In this document: one piece after another, positions 1 to 8,711 of the stretch
How positions within the stretch are numbered: position 1 is the stretch's first letter
Layout: each line of letters starts with the position of its first letter
From: Candidatus Heimdallarchaeota archaeon
GTDB lineage: Archaea > Asgardarchaeota > Heimdallarchaeia > Heimdallarchaeales > Heimdallarchaeaceae
Length of the DNA: 32,000 bases
Assembly (NCBI GenBank): GCA_030668875.1
Contig: DAOVER010000012.1
Location: forward strand, 1 to 32,000
Direction of reading: 5' to 3'
Made by a program: the position numbers and the translations under genes
The notes under the pieces: model-generated
What the model was told of the DNA's origin: nothing
The model's input: the letters and a program-made list of their open reading frames with translations, nothing else
Database searches by the model: none

Positions 1-157
1 TTGTATGTGAATCACGGTTTGCATTAAAATTGCTAACAGAACTACCAACCATGTATGCTTGAGATACAGGTGTTATCATTGCTATTATGAAAAGGGTAAA
101 TATAATTTGATAGTATGACAATTTTCTTAACTTTCTTACAATGGAAGGGAGCTTCAT
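1..157 (-). CDS. N-terminus of a secreted/membrane protein, partial (runs off the window start)
   Basis: Not in the ORF track. ATG at 157 on the minus strand reads MKLPSIVRKLRKLSYYQIIFTLFIIAMITPVSQAYMVGSSVSNFNANRDSHT with no stop: basic N-region, hydrophobic core and a VSQA signal-peptidase-like site. Confidence 0.7.
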   Translation of the reverse strand, partial: MKLPSIVRKLRKLSYYQIIFTLFIIAMITPVSQAYMVGSSVSNFNANRDSHT

Positions 158-231
158 TAATTATCTCATACAATAGTGTCTTAAATATTCTTCGTCAAAG
201 GCTGTACAAAAATGAGCAGAAAATTCAACGT

Positions 232-1755
232 TTAATTACCGGGGAATATACCTAGAATTATTCTAAAACCAGAAGGAACAAGAATCTCTGAAACTACTAT
301 TGCGCCTTCCGTGGAAATATCTATTAAGTTAAAACTGTTTTCAATCGAGGCGGTTTTTTGAGAAGAAATTGTGTTACAATTAACAAAAGCTGTTTTTTCT
401 ACACGCGTACAATAAGCCCTTCCAAGATGTCCGGAAAGGACTAAATTCACTTCTGTATCAATCAACATTCTCAATACATCTCCTGCATCTTCCAAAGCAG
501 AGGTTTCTATCGTATTTGGTATGGGTATCAAGTGGTGATGCATCACTATTGTATGGAATTTATCTTCTGCTTGCATTTTGGTATGATAGACATATCTTAC
601 AAGTCGATTCTGTGTAGTTCTACCTACAACACCTATTTCTGTTTCTGGTGCAGAGGTATTCAACACATAGAAACATGATTCATCTTTTTCAATTGTGTTT
701 TCTGTGTCAAAATATTTGTATAATAGAGTTTCTCCATACCCTCGTAAATCGTTTGGTCCAGGGCAGAAAATCAATTTATCTGAGTAAGGAGTGAATGCTT
801 GAACAGCAGCTTCATAGTCAGCTGATCGCCCCTTTTCAGTCAGATTTCCACAATGTATAATCACATCAGGATTTGTTGATTCAACAAGTTCCATGCCTTT
901 TTTAAATAATTCAAACTGGTCATTGTTGGATGCACCAAAATCAGTACCAGAGAGCTGAGCCATTCTGAGCCATTTACCTCCTGTTGAATTAACCATACGG
1001 AAACGTCTGGTGATGGTTTTTAACTCAGTTCTGATTTCTTTTCCCGTTGTATCTTGTATTTTTACCTTAATCTCTTTTTCTGGAGTAATTTCTACATAAT
1101 TAAATGAACGCTTGCCTCCGCTACGAGTCTTATAACTTGAAGTACTTCCCGCAGATATGATGATAGTATCCTCAACTTTGTAAACATTAGGATGATGTTT
1201 ATGTCCCGTAAAAACCGCATCAATTCCATTATCAAGGAGAATCGAAAGCATATTTCCAGCATCTACAGCATTTGATCTTTCTCTTCCAGTTTTAGGGATT
1301 GGCAGTAAATGATGGTGAAATCCAACAAGCTTTAATTTTGCTTCGCTGTACTTGGACAAAATTTTCTTTGTGTAATCAAGAGCTTCTCTACCAAAACGAC
1401 CATCATCTCTATCAGGGATACAAGAATCTAATCCAATAAACAATATATCATTAGCAAAATCATGAAACTCTCTAGGACCCACCATTTTCTCCCACACCTC
1501 AAAACCTCCACTTCTACTATCATGATTTCCTATAATCCAGTAGGACTTCGGAGAAATTATCTTCTTCCTCAACTTACTAGCTAATTCAAATTCCTCAAAC
1601 AAACCATCTTGAGTTAGATCTCCTGAGAATATAGAGAAATCATGAGGAGTAATATTAATTGAATTTACTGTATTGTCAAAGTCTTTAACCATGAACTGGG
1701 GCCTAGGAGTTATATGGGTATCACTAAAGTGAACAATTCTGATAGGTTCATCCAT
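232..1755 (-). CDS. Tandem calcineurin-like metallophosphoesterase (CpdA/Icc-like phosphodiesterase); second domain degenerate
   Basis: Domain 1 has SDTH, SGDLT, GNHD, HHH and GHKH. Domain 2 has the same layout but reads SGTD, CGNLT, GPND, HHH and GHLG. Confidence 0.85.
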   Translation of the reverse strand: MDEPIRIVHFSDTHITPRPQFMVKDFDNTVNSINITPHDFSIFSGDLTQDGLFEEFELASKLRKKIISPKSYWIIGNHDSRSGGFEVWEKMVGPREFHDFANDILFIGLDSCIPDRDDGRFGREALDYTKKILSKYSEAKLKLVGFHHHLLPIPKTGRERSNAVDAGNMLSILLDNGIDAVFTGHKHHPNVYKVEDTIIISAGSTSSYKTRSGGKRSFNYVEITPEKEIKVKIQDTTGKEIRTELKTITRRFRMVNSTGGKWLRMAQLSGTDFGASNNDQFELFKKGMELVESTNPDVIIHCGNLTEKGRSADYEAAVQAFTPYSDKLIFCPGPNDLRGYGETLLYKYFDTENTIEKDESCFYVLNTSAPETEIGVVGRTTQNRLVRYVYHTKMQAEDKFHTIVMHHHLIPIPNTIETSALEDAGDVLRMLIDTEVNLVLSGHLGRAYCTRVEKTAFVNCNTISSQKTASIENSFNLIDISTEGAIVVSEILVPSGFRIILGIFPGN

Positions 1756-1862
1756 TGTGATAAGTAATAATGTTTAGCTAATTATTTCTTCCGCTAGGGT
1801 TAACATTGTTTTGTTGAGAACTTTCGAAATATTTAACTTTGAATTCAATCTAGATTATTACA

Positions 1863-2246
1863 ATGACTTTGAGAACCTATGAAATGGATGACTCAGTTTC
1901 AAGTGTAATGACAAAAGGAATTTTGTATATCGAATCTAAGAAAAAGCTAGATGAAGCAATACAAATAATGTCTGACTTTGATGTTGGATCTTTAGTTGTA
2001 GCTGAAAAAAATGATGCTGTTGGCATTCTTACTAGTAAAGATATAATTAAGATGATTGCAAAGGGAAAGGAGCTCAAGAGCATTAAAGTAAAAGATATAA
2101 TGCAAGGTCCTCTTATTAGGATATCCGGTTATGAAACAATCTCATCAGCATTATTGAAAATGAAAGAACAGAAGATTAACCATCTCATAGTGGTTGATGG
2201 AGATAAAATAATCGGAATGATTAACCCATTAAATCTTCTAATTTAA
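1863..2246 (+). CDS. Stand-alone CBS-pair (Bateman domain) protein
   Basis: Two CBS repeats: VSSVMTK...VGSLVV...VGILTSKDI and VKDIMQ...INHLIVVD...IIGMI. Confidence 0.9.
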   Translation: MTLRTYEMDDSVSSVMTKGILYIESKKKLDEAIQIMSDFDVGSLVVAEKNDAVGILTSKDIIKMIAKGKELKSIKVKDIMQGPLIRISGYETISSALLKMKEQKINHLIVVDGDKIIGMINPLNLLI

Positions 2247-2255
2247 TGTCGTTTA

Positions 2256-3407
2256 TTGTATTATTTAATAAATAACTTCAAGAGTAGGATTAAACTGAGC
2301 AATAAAAAGGAAAGCCTATCTGCAGATGATGTAAGAAGAAAACAGAAACTAAAAACAATACTGGCTACAATAGGTGAGGGGCTACAGGAAATATTCAAAA
2401 CACATATTCTTGAAAAAACTGGAGAAAAAGCAAATCTTATTTCCATAGATAAGGTGTTTTCAACAGAGAAGGGTACCTCAAAGTCAAGAGTCCATTTTGT
2501 TACATATTCTCTAAATTCTGATGTTGGAGAACATCTTGTAAACGTTGTTGTGAAATTTTCTTCAGATGAGACAAGGTTTGAAAAAGAAATTAGGAATCAT
2601 TCAAAAATTGCAAATGTTTCTAAGATTTTTAGTGGTGTTCATGTGCCGAAGATACTTTACAAAAGCTTACAAAACAGATGTATTATCTATGAAGGCATTG
2701 ACGGGTTAAGTTTTCGTGAAGCAAAACTTGACTTAAAAGATAAAGATTTACTAGCTGGACAAGCTTTAGCAGCTATCCATGGAATTGAAACAGGGAAATT
2801 AGAAGTAGATTCTTACAAAAAACTAGTTTTATACCTTCTTTCAGTTTTGGAGAACCAACAACTGGAAGAAGAAATTCTGGATTTGATGCTACCTTATTTC
2901 AAAGCAATGGAAAAATCAACAGGAGCAACAAGAATTCATGGAGATTACCACCAAGGAAATCTATTATTTTCATCAGAGGATATAGAATTAGTACAAAATA
3001 GTCTAGATATAACAAACATAAATGTGAGAGTATATGTTATTGATCCTGAATTTATCATGGAAGGAAGAGACAGAAATGAAGACATTGGAACATTCTTTGC
3101 AAAGCCATGTATAAAGGAATTTCAGAAGACAGGTAATATTAAAAACTCAAAAAGCAAAATCAATTCATTTATTGAAGGTTATAACAAGGTTCTAAAGATG
3201 ATAGGATCTGATCAATTGTTAAGTGAAATGTATCCTTCAGGTTTAACAATAGATTTTCATATGGCTTCTTATGTTCTTTATGACCTTGTAGATAAAGTTC
3301 TAAGTAATCAATTAACAACTTATTCTGAAGAAATAAAGGATAAAGTGAAATTATTGAAAATTATGCTGAAAGAAGGACCTTTTCAAAACAATGGAATGTC
3401 TATTTGA
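2256..3407 (+). CDS. APH/choline-kinase-like phosphotransferase (protein-kinase-like fold); start uncertain (TTG)
   Basis: VVVKF ATP-binding Lys, Brenner-type catalytic motif HGDYHQGN, and VIDPE metal-binding (DFG-equivalent) motif. Confidence 0.8.
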   Translation: MYYLINNFKSRIKLSNKKESLSADDVRRKQKLKTILATIGEGLQEIFKTHILEKTGEKANLISIDKVFSTEKGTSKSRVHFVTYSLNSDVGEHLVNVVVKFSSDETRFEKEIRNHSKIANVSKIFSGVHVPKILYKSLQNRCIIYEGIDGLSFREAKLDLKDKDLLAGQALAAIHGIETGKLEVDSYKKLVLYLLSVLENQQLEEEILDLMLPYFKAMEKSTGATRIHGDYHQGNLLFSSEDIELVQNSLDITNINVRVYVIDPEFIMEGRDRNEDIGTFFAKPCIKEFQKTGNIKNSKSKINSFIEGYNKVLKMIGSDQLLSEMYPSGLTIDFHMASYVLYDLVDKVLSNQLTTYSEEIKDKVKLLKIMLKEGPFQNNGMSI

Positions 3408-3924
3408 TGAAAGTTTTAGATAAAGCCCATTTAGTTCTAATGAAGTTTAGTAGCTCAAAATAAAGCTTGCTCTCTGAGGTTGAAATTAATTCTAGACCAC
3501 TTGTACTTGGGTTGTATGAAACTACAACAAAGTAATTTTCACCCTTATAACTTATCTCAACTAATGCTGTAATCCCTTCAATAACTGATAAATCACCAAA
3601 AACTACTGTAATGTTATGTAGCGTATTGATAATTTCTAGCATATCCCTACCAATGATTTGCTCTAAAATTATCAGATCAGATTTAAACTTTCCAATACCA
3701 GCTGCATCGCCAAAAATAGCCTCTAGTTCTAATTTGTTGTCTTCTGAAACAAATTCAAACTCAATTTGAATTGTTTGTACGTTTCCAAGATAATTGATTC
3801 TTTGTAATTGATTTGCCAAATGGTAGATTTCAGGGGAACTTTCACTAGTATGACGCACTACTAAATCACTCTGGAAAACATAATATATATTAATCATTAT
3901 TAAATTTTCTACTAGTCTCATCAA
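3400..3924 (-). CDS. Hypothetical protein
   Basis: 174-aa ORF with globular composition; overlaps the kinase stop convergently by 8 nt; no motif recognised. Confidence 0.65.
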   Translation of the reverse strand: MMRLVENLIMINIYYVFQSDLVVRHTSESSPEIYHLANQLQRINYLGNVQTIQIEFEFVSEDNKLELEAIFGDAAGIGKFKSDLIILEQIIGRDMLEIINTLHNITVVFGDLSVIEGITALVEISYKGENYFVVVSYNPSTSGLELISTSESKLYFELLNFIRTKWALSKTFIK

Positions 3925-4098
3925 TCAAAAAGATATATATCCAAATAATATGAGAAAAATATCTAAACATAAAAGCAAAATAGGGATTTTGATATCGCGG
4001 ATAGATTATCTAGGAATAATAGAGCAATGGCGGATGAATTTCTGAGATTGTTTTTATAAAGGTATTACATCCGTTAATACATAAGCAAGGGGATTTGC

Positions 4099-4314
4099 AT
4101 GACGGAAGAAGAAATACCAGTATCAGGAAAAAAACTTTTATCCATTTTGGAGAAAAAAGGACCATTAACTCAAAAACAACTAATTAAAGCTTCTGCAATT
4201 CCTGCTAGAACAGCAAGATATGCATTAAGAAGGTTAATTGAATTAGGGTTAATTGTGAAACGAAGCAACCTAAATGACATGAGATCAGTTTTTTATTTTA
4301 TCGTGGACAACTAA
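4099..4314 (+). CDS. Small archaeal winged-helix (MarR-like) DNA-binding protein
   Basis: GPLTQKQLIKASAIPARTARYALRRLIELGLIVKRSNLNDMRSVFY fits the HTH plus DxR wing pattern of small archaeal MarR-type regulators. Confidence 0.85.
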   Translation: MTEEEIPVSGKKLLSILEKKGPLTQKQLIKASAIPARTARYALRRLIELGLIVKRSNLNDMRSVFYFIVDN

Positions 4315-4325
4315 TAGGAGGTCTG

Positions 4326-4366
4326 TTTCCACATTTTGTGGAAAATTACGCCCTTTTTCTTTTTTT
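4326..4366 (+). terminator. Hairpin plus T-tract downstream of the wHTH gene (terminator or operator)
   Basis: TTTCCACA-TTT-TGTGGAAA (4326-4344) is a perfect inverted repeat, followed by CCCTTTTTCTTTTTTTG. Confidence 0.55.
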
Positions 4367-4662
4367 GTTAATTAAGAACTACTAATTGTATTATTAAGAT
4401 TTTTTTCGCTATTTCTTTTAAAATCATTGTTAAACAATAAAAACTTCTGATAAAATCCTAATGGAGCTAGCCCCGCAATTAATTTTGGTGAACTAAGTGC
4501 AGATTACTAGCTCCAATAGAAAAGTAGGAAGGGATTTTAATAACATTTTCTTAAGAGGAAAAAAGGCTGTTTCTTAAGAATTCTTTACTTTCACTGCCCC
4601 ACAGTTGATTTTGCCACGCAAGGCTTAAATGTACGGGAGAGTATAGTAAATAGGTGAACTAA

Positions 4663-5037
4663 GTGGCAAAAAAAGAAACCGCAATAGGAATAAAAGTATA
4701 CTCAAAGGGAGAGATAAAGCTACAACGAAAAATCTGGTGCACGATAGAGCACTGGGAAAAAAGCAACTGGAGAAGAATAACAAATCTGTGGATGCGAATA
4801 AAGAACGAAGAGAAAAGAACAGAATTGTTAGAGAAACTGTGGACAGAAGTAATGGAAGAAGGAATGAAAGCAGAGCCAAAAGAAGAGTATGGTAAAGATA
4901 CACTATTTCAGAGAAGGAAAACTTGCAGTGGAAGAGGAGAAAGAGGAAGAATATTCAGAATACAAGTTGGATATAATACACTCAGAAACGTTCAAGACAT
5001 ATTATTCAACAATAGAAGAACTAACAACAGAGCCTAA
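4663..5037 (+). CDS. Hypothetical purine-rich ORF; may be the 5' half of a frameshifted gene with 4889-5173
   Basis: GTG start preceded by SD-like GGTGA; Trp/Lys/Glu-rich; overlaps the next ORF by 149 nt. Confidence 0.45.
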   Translation: MAKKETAIGIKVYSKGEIKLQRKIWCTIEHWEKSNWRRITNLWMRIKNEEKRTELLEKLWTEVMEEGMKAEPKEEYGKDTLFQRRKTCSGRGERGRIFRIQVGYNTLRNVQDILFNNRRTNNRA

Positions 5038-5173
5038 ATGGATACCAAAGAAGGTAGTATCGAAAGAACTGAGAATAAAAAAATGGTATGTCAGAGCGTT
5101 GAAAGAGGGGAGACTAGAAGAAGGAAGAAGAGAGAAGAAAGTGGAACAAACTGAACTAACAAGTTTTGTATAA
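4889..5173 (+). CDS. Hypothetical small Lys/Glu-rich protein
   Basis: 94-aa ORF in a strongly A/G-skewed tract; its frame is open only from 4868. Confidence 0.5.
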   Translation: MVKIHYFREGKLAVEEEKEEEYSEYKLDIIHSETFKTYYSTIEELTTEPKWIPKKVVSKELRIKKWYVRALKEGRLEEGRREKKVEQTELTSFV

Positions 5174-5192
5174 TAACTTGATATTCGTATAA

Positions 5193-5964
5193 CTAGAGAG
5201 AGTTTAAACTATCCTCCTCAGATGAATCATCAAGAGAACGAATTATCCCAGAAAAATTTCTATAATTACTGATAAATTCTTTAACCGTTTTTCTTTTCAG
5301 ATTATTCTTGAAACCTTGAAAGAACTCTTTTGAAAAATTAAAAAAAAAACTCAAATGTGTCAACAAAGATAGTATTCTCATATATGAAAGAATCAGGAGT
5401 ACTAATAATCTCTCGCTTTTGAAGGTCAAACTCTACATAGAACCCTTGATTGCGCCTAGAATCCATTGCTTTTGGATCTATCTGTAATTTCTTAATAATA
5501 TTGTCCAGATCTAACATAGCTTTAGCTAGATTTGAAGATTCACTCTCCAGCTTAAGAACTTCCTTGAATTTCCGTTGGTAAGCTTTGAGACTTAGCTCCT
5601 CTTTCAGATATTTATTCCAAAGATCTTTGTATTCTGCTTTAAATTGTGTTTCTTCTATCCATTGCCCTAAAACATAATAATGAAGTGTTTGCCAACTCAA
5701 ATGTTCCTTGTATACATGATCTTTCTGTAAATATGAAACCTCTTTGTCTGATTCTTGATAAGACCCAATAAATAAGCCAAATACAAACCAATATTTTGCT
5801 AATTCCTCGAATCCTAAAACCGCTAAAGAATAGGCGGAACCAAAAGTAGAATTCTTTCGCAAAATTAAAGAATCATTAAGAAGTCCTTCTGAATTCTGTA
5901 GACAGACTTCAATTAGTTTAATATAAAAATCATATTTGTCTGGTTTAAAATTTTGAACGTTCAT
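5193..5964 (-). pseudogene. AbiV-family (HEPN-like) abortive-infection protein, frameshifted at a T10 tract
   Basis: CLQNSEGLLNDS...AYSLAVLGFEELAK, HVYK and RRNQGFYVE are AbiV-family hallmarks. The ORF stops at ...FEFFF* (5338). Removing one base from the 10-nt tract (5340-5349) continues it into ORF 5193-5429 (FFFNFSKE...). Confidence 0.7.
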
Positions 5965-6015
5965 ATCCAGTTAACTTCTCTGATTTGTCTATATAAATAA
6001 AATGAATAAAAATAC

Positions 6016-6043
6016 GAATAACTAGTTGGAGTTCAAGTTATTC
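6016..6043 (-). terminator. Hairpin plus T-tract after the 6068-6484 gene
   Basis: Minus strand reads GAATAACT-N12-AGTTATTC followed by GTATTTTTATT. Confidence 0.45.
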
Positions 6044-6067
6044 AGCAATTCTTGCGCATACTTTAAA

Positions 6068-6484
6068 TTAGATATTCGAACAAAATTCTTTAATCTCATC
6101 TACTAGTTTGGTAAGGGCATCATCTAACTTATCTTCCTTATTCACTTCTTCTGTTAGATTACTATGAGAAAAGGAAGATTTCATCATGAAATCCTTAAAT
6201 TCTCTATAGTTTTGCTCAAAGATTTTCTTCAGATCAAAGATTAAAGGATCTTTAACTCCTTGTTGAAGTGGCTTTTCGTAATCTTGGAGTGCTTGAAGAT
6301 AAGAATCTTCGTCATTCTTATCTACAGGAGCAAGATTGATAGAAAGATCTAAAGGAAGTTCAAGAATAGCTCGCTGTTTTTTCAATAATTCAATATCTTT
6401 ATTCAATTCTTCAAATTGAGAAAGGAAGAATTTAAGCTTGTTCAAATCATATTCTGGTATTTGTTTCTGACTCATATGGTTCAT
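6068..6484 (-). CDS. Hypothetical helical/coiled-coil protein
   Basis: 138-aa ORF with heptad-like segments (FLSQFEELNKDIELLKKQR); no family recognised. Confidence 0.65.
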   Translation of the reverse strand: MNHMSQKQIPEYDLNKLKFFLSQFEELNKDIELLKKQRAILELPLDLSINLAPVDKNDEDSYLQALQDYEKPLQQGVKDPLIFDLKKIFEQNYREFKDFMMKSSFSHSNLTEEVNKEDKLDDALTKLVDEIKEFCSNI

Positions 6485-6621
6485 CTCTGATATTTTTGTG
6501 GGACGAACAACAAGAAGGGTAAGGACTAATCTGTAAAGATAATGAGAGAAATCGTATATAAAGGATGTATATTTATGCTGAAGATTTATTATTCAAAAAC
6601 ATATATTGTAATGGGAACTAA

Positions 6622-7071
6622 ATGAAAAAGAAAATAATATTTAATTCTACAATTGACTTATCTAATAGACGTACGAATGTTAAAATCCGGATTGTTCAAT
6701 CAAGAACTACGGTTATTGATATTCTAGGATATATTGATGACATAGTAGAAGAAAAGATATCTGAAACGTTATTGTTGGATGAGCAAAAGAAAGAAACAAC
6801 ATGGCAAAGTTCATTACTACCATTTTTTCCTAAAGAGAAAGAAGGAGAAGTTGCTCAAGTTTACTTCTGTGATGAAGTGAACCAGATTGCTGGAACATCG
6901 AATTATAAAACAATTCAATTAGTTCAAATATCGTATTTTGATGCTACCAATCCTGAAGAGGGTCTATCCAATAATATGGATTTCTTTTATTTTGATTTGA
7001 TTTCTGATTCTTTACAGATAAACTTATTTTACCGAATACAAAATTATTCACATGAGTTTAGAAAAGTGTGA
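6622..7071 (+). CDS. Hypothetical protein, first gene of a probable operon
   Basis: 149-aa ORF whose end overlaps the next gene's start by 20 nt. Confidence 0.65.
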   Translation: MKKKIIFNSTIDLSNRRTNVKIRIVQSRTTVIDILGYIDDIVEEKISETLLLDEQKKETTWQSSLLPFFPKEKEGEVAQVYFCDEVNQIAGTSNYKTIQLVQISYFDATNPEEGLSNNMDFFYFDLISDSLQINLFYRIQNYSHEFRKV

Positions 7072-8005
7072 TTTAGCAATTGTTGGTTCTGGTCTAACTG
7101 GTATGTCTGCAGCCTTAGCAGCTTATAGTAGAAACTCTGATCAAATCATTAAAATTTTTGGTATACCTTTTGATTCAAACACCGCAAAAAAAGGAGAAAT
7201 TGAAAATATATTAGGTATTAACAAGGTTGTTGGAGTAGATTACATTCAACAGATAGTTACTCAAATCGAGAGTTTAGATGCAGAATTTGCAAATGAAAAT
7301 GAACCTAATAAACTAGAATTCATAAACGAAGATGTGACAGTAATAGCAAAAAATGACACTCATTTTCAATTGATTACTGATTCAAGAAACATTGACGCAA
7401 AAGCTGTCATTATTTCTACTGGTCTTCCTGAACTTAAGCATACTATCAAAGGAGAAGACAATTTTGTCCACAAAGGTGTTTCTCACTGTGCTGTATGTGA
7501 TGGTGCGCTTTTCAGAGGAAAGAAAGTAGCAATTATTGGAGAAGGAAATTTGGTGGCAAGAGGAGCTTTGTTTCTTAGAAAGTATTGTCGAAAGGTTACA
7601 GTAATCTGCCCAAATTCTACGTTGGATTCTGATAATAGATTTCTAAAAAAACTTTTAAAATCACAGAATATTTCATTCAAATATAATATTGATTTGGAAA
7701 CGGCTGAGATTTTCGGATCACAACTTGTAGAAGGTGTAAGATTTCAAGAGGATGGAGAGAATAATGAATTAACAGTAAACGCGGTCTTTGTTGAACTGAA
7801 AGATAAACCTAATCTAGCTTTTCTAAAGGATTTTTCACTTGATATCACGGAAAATGGATACATTGTGAAGGACGTAAAAAATGCTACAAGTACAGAAGGA
7901 ATTTTTACAGCTGGATCTATTAGTGGAGAAATGGATTATATTCCGATATTGATGGGTGATGGATATAAAGCCGGCATCTATGCCACCGAATATTTGAAAA
8001 AATAA
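7052..8005 (+). CDS. Thioredoxin-reductase-like FAD-dependent disulfide oxidoreductase (non-canonical)
   Basis: GSGLTGMSAA FAD-binding motif, STG...GEDNFVHKGVSHCAVCDG with redox CxxC, and GIFTAGS. The NAD(P)H-binding motifs are altered. Confidence 0.85.
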   Translation: MSLEKCDLAIVGSGLTGMSAALAAYSRNSDQIIKIFGIPFDSNTAKKGEIENILGINKVVGVDYIQQIVTQIESLDAEFANENEPNKLEFINEDVTVIAKNDTHFQLITDSRNIDAKAVIISTGLPELKHTIKGEDNFVHKGVSHCAVCDGALFRGKKVAIIGEGNLVARGALFLRKYCRKVTVICPNSTLDSDNRFLKKLLKSQNISFKYNIDLETAEIFGSQLVEGVRFQEDGENNELTVNAVFVELKDKPNLAFLKDFSLDITENGYIVKDVKNATSTEGIFTAGSISGEMDYIPILMGDGYKAGIYATEYLKK

Positions 8006-8059
8006 GATAGGGCACGCACTTTGGAATTACTTTTATATTTCTTTTAACATTCTAAAGAT

Positions 8060-8710
8060 GTGAAACTAGCATTTATTTTCGCACATCCAGATGATGAAGC
8101 ACTTAGTGCAGGCGGCACGATAGCTAAATACGCCTCTACAGGCCATACAGTAAGCACACTATGTCTTTCATCAACAGAAGATAGAAAGATCGAATATCGT
8201 GCTGCTACAGAAATGTTGGGAGTTCAAGAACCGAAAATACTTGATTATGGCAATGTAGTAGATTTTGAGAAGCAAATAAAAAAAGATATCATTGATTTTA
8301 TTCTTGAATTTCGACCTGAGATTATTGTGACACATCTACCAGAAGACTATCACATCGATCATAAATCGGCGTATCATATTGTTAAAGAAGCGATAGAATG
8401 GGCAGCACATGAAACACAACACGATAATTCACATCTAGTTTCTAAGTTGTATGTAACAGAAACAACCATCCTTATTCCTAATCCTCACATTCTTGTTGAT
8501 ATTTCTGCATATTATAGTGTTAAAGAGAACGCTATCAAATGTTATTCAACACAGCTAAGTAAAGGAGGAGAAGGGTTCTATATTAAATTCCACAAACACA
8601 GAACGCTCATGCGAGGAACTCAAGCATCAACTGATTATGCAGAAGCTTATCTTGAAGTTCCCATTAAGAAGAATAGTCCATTTTTCAAAATTAAACATTC
8701 GGAGCTTTGA
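8060..8710 (+). CDS. bshB: PIG-L/LmbE deacetylase, probable BshB (GlcNAc-malate deacetylase)
   Basis: AHPDDE and DYHIDH Zn motifs; the C-terminal RTLMRG...DYAEAY resembles BshB1; bshA and bshC are in the same window. Confidence 0.75.
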   Translation: MKLAFIFAHPDDEALSAGGTIAKYASTGHTVSTLCLSSTEDRKIEYRAATEMLGVQEPKILDYGNVVDFEKQIKKDIIDFILEFRPEIIVTHLPEDYHIDHKSAYHIVKEAIEWAAHETQHDNSHLVSKLYVTETTILIPNPHILVDISAYYSVKENAIKCYSTQLSKGGEGFYIKFHKHRTLMRGTQASTDYAEAYLEVPIKKNSPFFKIKHSEL

Positions 8711-8711
8711 T

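Noticed and set aside
5965-6067. TAAC...GTTA hairpin between co-oriented accessory genes as an integron attC
   Set aside because: The stem is only 28 nt overall, lacks RYYYAAC/GTTRRRY boxes and extrahelical bases, and no integrase is present. It fits a terminator better.
6052-6079. TGCGCATA-CTTTAA-ATTAG resembling a bacterial dif site
   Set aside because: Only the XerC-like arm partly matches; the XerD arm does not, and the site overlaps a stop codon.
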